A DNA stretch of 64,000 bases from Octopus vulgaris (lineage: Eukaryota): positions 43,772,001-43,836,000 of the forward strand of contig OX597831.1 in the NCBI GenBank assembly GCA_951406725.2, in the 5' to 3' direction. Below are positions 11,706 to 24,210 of this stretch, one piece after another. The notes under the pieces were generated by a model, which had not been told where the DNA came from, made no database searches, and saw nothing but the letters and a program-made list of their open reading frames with translations. Within the stretch, counting starts at the first letter, position 1; each line of letters starts with the position of its first letter. Made by a program: the position numbers and the translations under genes.

Positions 11706-12272
11706 TTGGGTTGTCCGGAAAGTTCGTTCCGATTTTTAAAGGAAAGAAAAAGGTCAATAAACACTTGCCATTATATTTTTAATGAACCAAATCTGAACCA
11801 TTTCGTTGCACAATGCATCTCCATCTTTCCTTTACCTTGAAAATACCCTCTTCCCAGAATTGGGGTGGTTTCATGGCAAAGAATTCATCAAAGTATCTTT
11901 TTACGTCATCTAAGTAATTGAAATTTTTACCATTAAGACTATTCTGCAGAGACCTGAATAAGTGGAAATCCGAAGGAGCAATATCTGGGGAATAGGGAGG
12001 GTGGGGGTAACACATCCCAGTCGAGCTGCAGCAATTTTTGTCTGGTTCCCAAAGCATCAAGTGCCGAAAATGAACTTTCTCATCTTTTATTTTAAAGGGT
12101 TACAGAATTAACACAGGTTTTAGGAATATAAACCTTCTTCCACGAAAAGATAGCTTAAACTGTACTCTAAATGGAGGTGTAGTCAAATCCTATTTTATGG
12201 ACTCAAACATGTTCTAAAATAAGTCGAAAGATAAGCTACTCTAAATCTGCACGAACTTTCCGGACAACCCAA
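11706..12272 (-). mobile_element. Non-autonomous mariner (567 bp, internal deletion), copy 1
   Basis: TIRs TTGGGTTGTCCGGAAAGTTCGT / ACGAACTTTCCGGACAACCCAA, TA on both sides; HPPYSPDIAPSDFHLF mariner motif. Confidence 0.92.
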
Positions 12273-12517
12273 TATTTCTATATTTTTATCATGAAACTCT
12301 TAACATAAATATGTGGATATTCGTATGGAATAATACCTCATGTGCTACATCTGAATTTTCTTTTCTGAATGTTTTAAGACAAATATCCGAAATTTTTATC
12401 GTATACCACATTTTATTAATACTTAGCTCATATACGGAGACAAAAATGTTGTACTATATACTGCAGGTTAACTCCATTAAAATTCTCGTATTATATACAT
12501 TATATATATAATATGCA

Positions 12518-13071
12518 CACTGGCGAAAATAAATTTAAGACCGATGATAAAAGTTCTATTTCTTACAAAATATTCTGTTACTAGTCCTTTGCCGATCTTT
12601 ATATTGACCAGTCTCCGAGTATAACTTCCACGTTTGCACGCAAGCCGGTTTACTGCACTTTAGTTGCTTGCTGATGTTCGAAAAGGAAACTTTTTGCTGT
12701 AATATACGATTTTTGCTCTCGTGACTGGACTAAGGCTACGTTGTTTTCCCATTATTAATAAATTGTATAATAACATTAAATTATAACTTTATATGGTGCA
12801 TTTAGGCTCGTTGTGTGACCACCCATTTTGGCCAAAGAAATTGCATACTTATTACATGGTCTTCAACTAATTTTGCCGGTAAATTTGAAACATTTATATA
12901 AATTTAGCATTAGAATTCTTCAAGTTGTTTAAAAATAGTTATTGTCTGCATCATTCGAAAGAGAAATAAATTTTGCATAAGGTGTAAAAGATATAAATAT
13001 GGTGTTAGTAACAAAATATTTTGTAAGAAATAGAATTTTTATCGTCGGCCTTAAATATATTTTCGCCAGTG
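12518..13071. mobile_element. MITE with ~65-bp TIRs (CACTGGCGAAAAT..)
   Basis: 12518-12584 is the imperfect reverse complement of 13006-13071; TA on the right; Tc1/mariner-type by ends. Confidence 0.8.
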
Positions 13072-13156
13072 TATATATCTCAGGTCATCCCATAAGTTCT
13101 GTCCGAATTTTGGATAAAGAATACAAGTGATCAAATGTTATATATTTAATTGAAAG

Positions 13157-14144
13157 TTAATCATCAATGTACTTTCCCTGATTGTCTATGACTTACTTCC
13201 ATCTATTTAGAAGCTTTTTAATCCCATCAATGTAAAACTCCTTTGGTTTCAAAGCGAAGAACTCTGAAATGTCAGGTTCGACCTCCTCCTGGCTTGCGAA
13301 AGTTGTGTCCCCCCTAATAATTATGTAAACTATGAAACAAATGGTATCCTGAAGGAGTAAGGTCGGGAGAATAAGTTGAATGAAGAAATTTTTCCAAAAC
13401 GACCTCTTCGATCTTCTGTGATGTGATCTTTGCAGTGTGGGGTTGCGCATTGTCTTGATGAAACGTCACTCATTTCCCACTCACTAAAGCGGCTCTTTTT
13501 TCCTTCAAAGCTTGGTTCAAACGCTCTGATTGCTGACAGTAGACTTGAGCATTGATTGTTGCATTAGGTGGTAACATTATATGGTGAATTACGTCTTTGC
13601 AATCGCACCAGATAGAGAGTAGAACCTTTTCCCCATGAAGTTCCCTTCTCGGTTGTGGTTGAGCATTTTCCCTTTTTCCAAGCCACTGTTTACGACGTTT
13701 AACATCTCGATAGAAAATCCATTTTTCGTCACAAGTCTATCGAAAAAGGGTGAAATGAGTTTGCGAGAATGGAGAGAAGAGCAGATGTAAACTCGGGATT
13801 TGCGGTTGCTTTCGGACAATACATGAGGCACATATTTTCCAAGTTTAGGAATCTTTCCACGTTGTTGAAGATGACGATGAACTGTTGTATGGTTTGAAGT
13901 AAGCTTTATTGCCAATTCTTCAACTGATAATGACGGATTTTCTTCAAGTAATGCCTCAAGGAGCTTATCCTTAAACTCAACTGGACGTCCTGTTCGATAT
14001 TCATCTTCAATTTTGCAAACGATCTCCTGCAAGTTCTTTCATTCAAGCACTTTCCCATAAACTGAGTCACTTCGGCTGCAGAGTAAACTTTATTGTACTC
14101 ATAAAGAATTATATGTGCCTTAAATGCTCCTTGGATACTTCCAT
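13157..14144 (-). pseudogene. Mariner transposase pseudogene
   Basis: MEVSKEHL start, RTGRPVE, YVPHVL (WVPHEL-like), YSPDLTPSGYHLF (YSPDLAPSDY-like), GIKKLLNRW; multiple frameshifts. Confidence 0.88.
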
Positions 14145-14173
14145 GTTGAAAGGGTTTTAATCAAAGCAATTTT

Positions 14174-14595
14174 AGGGTGTCCACGAAGTCTAGGTACATA
14201 GAATAAAATCATAACATAAACAAATATAAGAAATAATAATTTTCCTTTTTTACTTTTGTTTAAATTAAATTTAAAAAATACTTTACTTTTCTAAATTTAT
14301 TTATTTTTTCTACAGATGATCGAATGATATTAATCAGGTGAACTTGATTAAATAAGTCTACATTGCCATCAATTTCAGTACACTGACGCATTACCAGTCA
14401 GTGTGCTGAAATTGATGGCAATGTAGATTTATTTAATCAAGTTCACCTGAATTTTGCAAGGCGCATCAAGTTATGCATTGAAAATGATGGAAATCACTTT
14501 GAAAATATTATTTATTAACACTATAATTAAATAAAATTGTTTTGTTTTAAAAGTATGTGTTAATCCCCATGTACGCAGACTTTGTGGACACCCTC
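14174..14595 (+). mobile_element. Tc1/mariner-type short element nested in the mariner 5' region
   Basis: TIRs AGGGTGTCCAC(G/A)AAGTCT..GTACAT; retains C-terminal peptide NFARRIKLCIENDGNHFENIIY*; internal long hairpin. Confidence 0.75.
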
Positions 14596-15938
14596 TATTA
14601 TTCTGTAAAGCAATATTGAATTAGTATAAAAGTATACGAATGCATAAAAATAATTTTTAATTGAATTAGACATTTGAAAATACTAATAAATTTCATTCAA
14701 ATCTAAAAAAAAGGTAAAATTGGACAGAACTGATTGGATGACTTGATATATGTAATCTATGATATTCTAGTAGGTTTCAAGTTTATAACACCTTGATATC
14801 TCATGTTATCTCATTTTATATGCGTAAGACGTTTATTTCTATTCTGGTTTTTATATATTTCTATACATTATATTTGTATCTATAATTCATTTTAAGCCGA
14901 ATCATAATACGATCCTTGTACGAACGAAAGAACAAGAATGTCCTCTGGAACTTTTATCTTCCACCGGTGTTTGTTATCGATGGGGACATGTGCGATGATT
15001 TTGCGACTATCTTATATTTTACAGAGAAATTGGAAGCCCCGAATGTAAGCCACCACTTTATGCATAATACAATATTTATAGTTCTCTATTTCTAACTGAA
15101 ATTCTGTCTTCAATAATTATAGATCTCTATTTCTAATTGTAATTCTTTTTCTTCTCGTTCAGCTTATAACTATAAGACGCATTCTTGTATGTCTCTTGAC
15201 AAAGCTTTTTTTCTCCAGCGTTCACCATCTCACCTCGTTAGGGTTCAACAGCCCTTACCGAATGCTTCCGCTGTCCTGTTCTTGTTAGCAGCTTTGACGT
15301 TCCACGTATCTCAAATTTTATTTAATTTGCTTTGGGGGAGCAATTGCTTTGACGAAGACGCATCTTGTTGCACTGCTCGCAATGCGGAGTAAATAAATCT
15401 GCCAACAATTGATAAAGGGTTGTTTCTTTTACGCTGACTTCGCGCTATAGTTCTCTACTTATAATGGAAATTCTTTCTTTTCTCTCCTGCCAAGCCAAGC
15501 CAAGCCGTTTGTAATAGTGACACCAAAGCCATAGCGTCGACTGTGGACCGGTAGCTGTGGACAGTCGACCCAATGTCGCCCAGAGCGAGCTCTGGTCGCA
15601 ATAGCGTCGACTGTGGGCCGGTAGCTGTGGACAGTCGACCCAATGTCACCCAGAGCGAGCTCTGAGGCTATAGCAGAGGACACATGCCAAGTTACCACAC
15701 AGCCACACCTGTACCCATGTGTGTGTATGGGTGGTTGGGTGGATCGGTATGTGTGTATGGGTGTATATATGTATGCATGTATATATGTGTATATATATGT
15801 ATACATATTACATGTACACCTATATATAAATCTAGACATACATGTTTACATATACATGTATATCTATAGAAATACATCTATACATATACTTGTATATCTA
15901 TAGAAATACAGCTATACATATACATGTATACATATACA

Positions 15939-15995
<57 letters not shown>

Positions 15996-16040
15996 ATATA
16001 TATATATATATATACATGTATATATATATATATATATATT

Positions 16041-16230
16041 ACTTGTCGCCATGATAGATCGTTAGCCACTACACACATTTTTTCCTCTCCTTGTTTTTTC
16101 TGTGTCCCTTTCTGTAGAAGAGCGTAGGCTCGAAACGTAAAAGACTGCTTCTATTCCTGAGCGTTGTACTAATACATATGTTTGTTTTGTACACCACCTG
16201 TCTTCGTCTTTTGTTTTTTTCGTAAACTCT

Positions 16231-16232
<2 letters not shown>
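16041..16232 (+). mobile_element. ~190-bp hammerhead-bearing element (Penelope pLTR or retrozyme-like) inside (TA)n
   Basis: Homologous to 50011-50225; flanked both sides by (TA)n. Confidence 0.6.
16104..16145 (+). ncRNA. Minimal hammerhead ribozyme motif, non-canonical core
   Basis: CTTT-CTGTAGA-A-GAGC GTAG GCTC-GAAAC-GTA-AAAG: stem I, stem II tetraloop hairpin, loopless palindromic stem III (ACGT). Confidence 0.6.
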
Positions 16233-16295
<63 letters not shown>

Positions 16296-16407
16296 ATATA
16301 CATCCATATATATATATATGTGTGTATATACATCCATATATATATATGTATATACATCCATATATATATATATGTATATACATCCATATATATATATGTA
16401 TATACAT

Positions 16408-16474
<67 letters not shown>

Positions 16475-17565
16475 CATATACATACAATAGAGAGATGCTT
16501 TCGTTTCACTTTCAACACGTAATACTGAAATAGTGGAAAAGATGTGATATTGCTGTGGGCTCGCCCTAGGCAAGAAGTTAAACATGGCCCCTAAGTAAGG
16601 CATGTTTAAAATTTGAATGAAATTGGTTGTGTAGTTCTCAAGTGTTAGGGATTCATATTGGAGAAGATATGATATTGCTATGGGCTCGCCCTAGGCAAGA
16701 AGTTAAATTTTTTTATCCATGACACTCATTGGTCCCTAAGTAAGACATGTGTAAAATTTGAATGAAATTGGTTGTGTAGTTCTCAAGTTTTAGGGATTCA
16801 CACGGACAGACACACATTCTTAGTATTATATATATATATATATAAATAATATAGAATGTGTGTGTATGTATTTGTATCTTTAATGCTAACGTTCATTGTT
16901 TCATAATTCATTATATACTCATATAATATTTCATTTTTTACTCTTTGTTTTGCTTTTTTTTTTGGCTTTGCTTTGTTTCCTTTTCTCTCTCTTTTTTTTT
17001 TCACAAGAAACATTAGTTTTAATCCTATTTGTTGACTTAGTGTTGTAAATTAATCAGCTAACTTGGAAGAAACAACCAAACATATTTCTATAGCGCTCCA
17101 ATAAATAGCTGCTATTATAGTATATTAAGCTAGTTAGTATATAAGCTGCATATAAAATATCTATTCATACAAGCATCCACACGTGCACACATCTTCAGGC
17201 AACTACTTACACGCAAATATTAGAAACGCTTACATATTCATATATATACGTATCCAAACGTAACACTCACATACGACTGTTGTGTTTAATGCATACATGC
17301 TTACATCGGCGTACATAATCCTCGTTATGTAATCTGCGTACTTTTATATGGAAATATCCTCGAATAAATATATGCACCCATTTGTATGTTTATGTTGAAT
17401 ATTTATGTAAACCGCTGTGAGGAACTGAGAAAGTAGTGAGTATTAGGTGATGGGGGTGCTATTTGGAGAAAGTAAGGACTTGATGATCACGACTGGAACG
17501 CTATTGATCGTAAGGCCTGCACAAATATGGTTGGTCTGGATCTAAATGTACAGCAACAGCAGCAT

Positions 17566-17752
17566 GGAGGCGCAATGGCCCAGTGGTTAGGGCAGCGGAC
17601 TCGCGGTCATAAGAACGCGGTTTCGATTCCCAGACCGGCTATTGTGAGTGTTTATTGAGCAAAAACACCTAACCTCCACGAGGCTCCGGCGGGGGTGGGT
17701 GGTAAACCCCGCTGTACTCTTTCACCACAACTTTCTTTCACACTTTCTTCCT
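17566..17752 (+). mobile_element. tRNA-derived SINE, family C
   Basis: tRNA-like head GGAGGCGCAATGGCCCAGTGGTTAGG..GGTTTCGATTCCC; matches 860-1040. Confidence 0.8.
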
Positions 17753-18034
17753 TCTTATGCCACAAAGCACTATGTAACCCACTATGGTGTGGTAAAACTT
17801 TCAGACCCTAATCTAGATTGCGAATCCTCTGTACCCCAGGATGGTTCAGCTCTCCACCCGTTAAAAAGCCACCGTTTACGGAATGAGGATAACAACGTAG
17901 CTTTCGCGCCCGTACAACCGCCACTCTATCGCGTGTGGTGGGTGGATCTTCAAGATGCCGCACGCATTCTTAGTAGCTTAGAGTAGGCTCGAATTAGAGA
18001 TTATTCTTAGTGGCTAATGGCGTGAGTCCTGATT

Positions 18035-18035
18035 G

Positions 18036-18067
<32 letters not shown>

Positions 18068-18270
18068 AGAAGAAGAAGAAGAAGAAGAAGAAGAAGAAGA
18101 AGAAGAAGAAGAAGAAGAAGAAGAAGAAGAAGAAGAAGAAGAAGAAGAAGAAACAACAGTGAGAATGGCATCAACGATAATAAAGTCAGCAACAACAACA
18201 ACAGTAGCAACAGCAACAACAGTAGCAACCACAGAAGTACCAGCAGCTGCAACAACAACAACAACAACAA
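18035..18270. repeat. (GAA)n tract (~39 units) followed by (CAA/CAG)n
   Basis: Read directly. Confidence 0.95.
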
Positions 18271-18337
18271 ATCTCCCGCAGGCAGACATTTTTCATCTGT
18301 CATGTCTAACCCATCTCCATTGAGCGGCCGGTGGAAA

Positions 18338-18870
18338 TTTTTCCCACGAGAGTTCCGGACCCCAGTTACGAACTCATTTGCATACAGCCAATCAGAGCTC
18401 AACTATCAAACTAATTCATGGGCGCATAACAAGTAATGGGCGATAAGACAAGGTCACTTGGGTAAGGAATGGCCATGCTTCTTTACTCTTTTAATAATGC
18501 TTCTTGTTCTTGTTTTTGTTTCAACCATGGCTACCTCTGCGTAGTTGTGTTGTTGTTTACTTTGTAAAACAGTAAGGGGAGAGGGTTGCTAGCGCATCAC
18601 CCTCTACCCACATTTTTCCCATCCGCATCTTTACCATATGAGGCCCTAACAAAATCCGATAATAGGTATTAGATGCAAATCTATCGAATTGCTTGTCTCC
18701 TTCTAAAATCAAGCACAGCATGGCGATCGGTCGATTTACAACACCGTTCTTCTTCTTGAGTTTACTTGGTAGAGTGTGTTTGCTAACTTGACAACAAAAT
18801 CAAGGTGAGCTCTGATTGGCTGTATGCAAATGAATTCATTACTGGGGTCCGGAACTCTCGTGGGGAAAAA
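18338..18870. other. Fold-back element with ~64-bp inverted repeats carrying octamer and CCAAT motifs
   Basis: 18338-18401 is the near-perfect reverse complement of 18806-18870. Confidence 0.75.
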
Positions 18871-18934
18871 AAAATTCGCGAGCGACCGAATGATACGCAG
18901 CCTTTGTTCCGCTTTGGCTCATATATTTTTTATC

Positions 18935-20705
18935 TTTTGCTTGTTTCAGTCATTAGACTGCGGCCATGCTGGGGCACCGCCTTGAAGAATTTTCTTTCGA
19001 ATGAATCGACCCCAATACTTACTTTTTTTTCTCTTTTAATCCTGGTACTTATTCTATCGGCCTCTCTTGCCGAACCGCAAAGTTACGGGGACATAAACAA
19101 ACCAACACCGGTTGTCAAGTGGTGGTGGAGGACAAACACACACACACACACACACACACATATATCACCCGACAGTAAATCAAAATTCCATAAATACTGT
19201 CTGTAATTCTGTATCGACTCGAATGGGAACATGTGTCGCTCAAGAAGGCCTTCAGTTTGAACAATTTTCATAATGTTCATATTTAGATGCTTTTATCAAA
19301 TTCATTCAGTTGTTAAACATAAATAAATCTTGGAATGAAATGGTTTTGATTTACTGTCAGGTGAGTTTTGGCCAAACCTATATATATATATGATGCGCTT
19401 CTTTCAGTTTCCGTCTAACAACTCCACTCACAATGCTTTGATCGGCCCAAACCCACAGTAAAAGACACTTGCCTAAGGTACCACGCACTGGGACTGCACC
19501 CAGAACAATTTGCTTGGGAAATAAGCTTCTTATTCTTTATTGCCCACAAGGGGTTAAACATAGAGGGGACAAACAAAGGGGTTAAGTCGATTACATCGAG
19601 CCCAGCGCGTAACTGGTACTTAATTTATCGATCCCAAAAGAATGAAAGGCAAAGTCGACCTCGGAGGTATTTGAACTCAGAACGTAACGGCAAACGAAAT
19701 ACCTATTTCTTTACTACCCACAAGGGGCTAAACACAGAGGGGACAAACAAGGACAGACAAACGGATCAAGTCGATTACATCGACCCCAGTGCGTAACTGG
19801 TACTTATTTAATCGACCCCGGAAGGATGAAAGGCTAAGTCAACCTCGGCGGAATTTGAACTCAGAACGTTGCGGCAAACGAAATACTGCTAAGCATTTCG
19901 CCCGGCGTGCTAACGTTTCTGCTAGATCGGGTTCATTACCACAGCGTAGCACCCTGAGGAAATGCTTTGTAACTATAACCTCCAGCCGACTAATGCCTTG
20001 TGACTTTTATTTGATAGGATAAAACTGTAAGGAAGCCCGTCATAGGTATATAATGGTGGTGGTGGGGGTTCTCATGCCCGCATAGTCTGACAACCGGAAT
20101 TGGTTTCTTTACGTACGTATTACTTATCGATTCGCCAGAAGAGAAAAAAAGGGACTGGGGTTGATTTGTTCGACTAATAACCTTTCCAGACAGTGTCCAG
20201 GCAGCAGTCCAGTGATGGAGACAAGTTGTACGTGTGTGTGTGTGTCTGTGTGTATGTGTGTGTGTGTGTGTGTGTGTCTGTGTGTATGTGTGTGTGAGTA
20301 TGTGTGTGTGAATATGTGTGTGTGAGTATGTGTGTGTGTGTATACACACACACATATATATATATATGTGTGTGTATATATATATGTGTGTGTGTGTGTA
20401 TATATATGTGTGTGTGTGTGCGTGTATATATATATATATGGGTATATATAGTCACACATATGCTCATGTACACTCATTCATATATTCACATACCTATTGA
20501 TAAATGTACACATGTGTGTGTATATATATATATATATAGGTGCAGGAGTGGCTGTGCTGTTAGTAGCTTGCTTACCAACCACATGGTTTCGGGTTCAGTC
20601 CCACTGCATGGCACATTGTGCAGGTGTCTTCTATTATAACATCGGGCCGACCAAAGCCTTGTAAGTAGATTTGGTAGAGCGAAACTGAAAGAAGCCCGTT
20701 GTGTG

Positions 20706-20737
<32 letters not shown>

Positions 20738-20990
20738 TATATATATATTTATATGTATGTATATATTTGTGTCCCTGTGTTTGTCGCCCTCTCTCCCATC
20801 TAATTTTGGTGTGCTTACAACTGATTTTGGTGTGTTTACGTCCCCCGTAACTTAATGGTGCGGCAAAAGAGAACGATAGAATAAGTACTAGTTTTACGAA
20901 GAATAAGTCCTGAATTCGATTTGCTTGACTAAAAGCGGTTTTCCAGCATGGCCGCAGTCAAATGACTGAAACAAATAAAAGAATCAAAGA
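18935..20990. mobile_element. SINE cluster: family A pieces, family B dimer (- 19530-19925), family A copy (+ 20538-20990)
   Basis: Matches to family A and B motifs. Confidence 0.8.
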
Positions 20991-20999
20991 ATAAAATAA

Positions 21000-21015
21000 T
21001 ATATACACACACACA

Positions 21016-21074
<59 letters not shown>

Positions 21075-21157
21075 GTATATGCTTACACCTATATATATGC
21101 TTGTATATATACACATGAACATATACATATGCATACACATATATTTCTGTGTATACA

Positions 21158-21199
<42 letters not shown>

Positions 21200-21334
21200 T
21201 ATATGTATATACATATATATATTTATATGCACATACATATATGTGCATATGTATATACATATACATTTATGTATATAGATATATATTTATGTATTTAGAT
21301 ATACATACATATATATATATGTGTGTGTGTTTAT

Positions 21335-21386
<52 letters not shown>

Positions 21387-21565
21387 CATGTATATATACA
21401 TACACATATATATATACACATATATACATATAGTTGTACATAAGTATATTTATGCGTATACATACACAAACATACACCTATACACACCTATACGTATACG
21501 CACATTCATATACATGCACACACATATACTTATACTTCTATATACACATACATTCCCGTAGATAC

Positions 21566-21634
<69 letters not shown>

Positions 21635-22353
21635 TCTACATACCGACATAGATTCATACACACACGCCTGTACATAAATACATATAATTATACATAAATA
21701 TATATAATGTACATACATGCATATCCTTATACATACGCGCACCAACACACACTCACACAGCATACACATGTATATCTACAGTGCATACAAATATAAATAT
21801 AAATATAAATAAGTGTATATATGTTGTTTGTGATTGTCTTCAACGTTTTTATTATAGATATAATACAATTTATTTTTATAAATATTTCCCATCATCACAC
21901 GTCACCACATTGCTTATATATATATTTATCCAACTATAGATAATCCACGATAAAATCCTGATTGCTTCAACAATGCTTTATTGCCATATTCTGTAGTTGA
22001 ATCCTTAGTAATTGCACAAAATTCACAAAATTTGTAAGTTAATTAAACAACACATTTTTTAATTGGTTTCGTTATATTCATTTACGCATTTGGAATGTGC
22101 GTATATGTGTGCGTGTGTTGAGTGTGTAGGGGTGTGGGTGAGAATGAATGTGTGTGTGTGTGTGAGAATGAGTTTGTGTGTGTGTTTCTATGTGTGTGTG
22201 TGTGTGTGCGTACATTTGTGTCTGCAATTATTTATATTTGCCGCGCGATGTCAAGTTGATATAGACATATATATAAATATATATAGAGAAAGGGAGAGAT
22301 CTATATATTATATTATATTATATCATATATATAAATATATATATGTTTATATG

Positions 22354-22403
<50 letters not shown>

Positions 22404-22544
22404 ATATGTATGTATGTAATATATATATATATCCTTATATATATATATGTTTATATATATATAATATATAATATATATATATATATATATGTATGTATAT
22501 ATGTATGTATGTAATATATATATATATGCATATATGTATGTATG

Positions 22545-22589
<45 letters not shown>

Positions 22590-22760
22590 TACATACACAC
22601 ATACATACATACATACATACATACATACATACATACATACATACATAGGTATATGTATATATCTACGTAGGTATTTATATATGTGTGTACGTATGTAGGG
22701 ATATGTATACATAAATATATATCTATAGGTATTATGAGTATATGTGTGAGTGTATGTTTA

Positions 22761-22797
<37 letters not shown>

Positions 22798-22835
22798 GTG
22801 CGTGTATGCGCTTGTGTGTGTGCTCTATATATACA
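21000..22835. repeat. Long degenerate (TA)n/(CA)n/(TATG)n microsatellite field
   Basis: Read directly. Confidence 0.9.
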
Positions 22836-22964
22836 TAACCCTTCATCTCTCGGCTTCAGAGGTAGATGAAAGTTTTCGAATAAAATTTGTTTTAGGCTCA
22901 GAACACATTTATTCTTTCATTTAAAAACTCGTTCAAAACACATTTATTCCTTCAAATTCATTTA

Positions 22965-24005
22965 ATGCTGCTGCTGCTGCTGCTGCTATGATGCTGGCGA
23001 TGATGATGATGACGACGACGACGACGATGATGACGATGAGGACGAGGAGGTGGATGGTGAGGTCGATGGAAGAGGAGGATACGGATGGTATAGATAATGA
23101 TAATGACGATGATATTAATAAGGATGGTGGTGGTGGTGGTGGTGGTGGTGGTGATTGTAGCGGTGGTCGTTGTTACGGTGGTTGCTGATGTGGTGGTGGT
23201 GGTGGTGGTTGTGGACGTAGCGGTTTTAGCGGTGGTAGTGGTGGTGGTTGTAGTCGTGGTGGCGGTGGTGATAGTTGTAGCAGTGGTGGTTGTAGCAGAG
23301 GTGTTGACGGTTATGTTAACGATGTTGTTGCTATTGGTGAAAGTGGTGATTAGCTTAGAGTGGTGGTGGTAGTGATGGCGGCGGCGGCGGCGGGGGAGTT
23401 GGTGATGACAACGATGACGATGAAATATGTAGAATGATGAAGGTGTTGATGATGGTGGTGGTGTTGGTGGTGGTGGTGGTGGTGACGATGACAATGATGA
23501 TGATGATGATGATGATGGTAATTGTGATGGTTGTGGTAATGGTGGTGGTGACAATGATAATGATGATGATGATGATGATGATAAATGTGGTGGTGATGGT
23601 GGTGGTGGTGCTATTGGTGGCGGTGACAATGATGATGATGATGATGATGATGTTGGTGGTGGCTGTGGTATTGGTGGTGGTGGTGACGATGACAATGATG
23701 ATGATGATGATGATGATGGTAATTGTGGTAATGGTGGTGGTGACGATGATGATGATGATGATGATAAATGTGGTGGTGGTGGTGGTGGTGGTGCTATTGG
23801 TCGCGGTGACAATGATGATGATGATTTTGATGATGATGTTGGTGGTGGTAAATGTGGTAGTGGTAGTGGTGGTGGTGGTGGTGGTGGTGGTGGTGATCGT
23901 GGCGCGGCTGTGGTGACGTCGATGATGATTTTTCTATGGTGATGATGATACGATGGCGATGAAGACGAAGAGGATGGCGAAGAGTATGATGATGACAAAG
24001 GACGA

Positions 24006-24037
<32 letters not shown>

Positions 24038-24210
24038 GCGCCGAAGTTGACGAAGTCGACGAAGGAAGAGGAGGAGGAGGAGGAGCAAAATGTCAACGAC
24101 GATGAAAAAACGATGACAATGCTGACAATGGCGACGATGTAAGAAACAAAAGATAGATTCCATCTCTCTTCGTCTCCCCCCACCACCACCACCACCACCA
24201 CCACCACCTT
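22965..24210. repeat. Trinucleotide low-complexity region (GGT/GAT/GAC) with internal higher-order repeat
   Basis: Read directly; block GTAATTGTG..ATAAATGTGG..GCTATTGG occurs twice (~23478-23660, ~23675-23850). Confidence 0.9.

Larger units (their letters stand above)
13080..14746 (-). mobile_element. Decayed full-length mariner with nested insertion
   Basis: TIRs TCAGGTCATCCCATAAGTTCTGTCC / GGACAGAACTGATTGGATGACTTGA; transposase remnants on the minus strand. Confidence 0.88.
15531..16830 (-). mobile_element. Non-autonomous Helitron-like composite element (copy 2)
   Basis: Shares the 5' block and the SINE-head/microsatellite block with 9930-10778; ends in a duplicated 70-bp unit with a possible 3' hairpin. 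Confidence 0.5.

Noticed and set aside
14940-15450. Possible decayed transposase or Helitron coding sequence
   Set aside because: Only vague peptide resemblance; no diagnostic motif.
17566-17640. Functional tRNA gene
   Set aside because: tRNA-like head runs directly into a SINE body; cloverleaf incomplete; no terminator.
18033-18323. Poly-Glu/Thr ORF
   Set aside because: (GAA)n and (CAA)n microsatellite translation.
19789-20022. Recurrent peptides RNWYLIYRPRKDERQSRPRRNL and RRASFSFRLPNPLTRLWSARG as a gene family
   Set aside because: Antisense translations of SINE families B and A.
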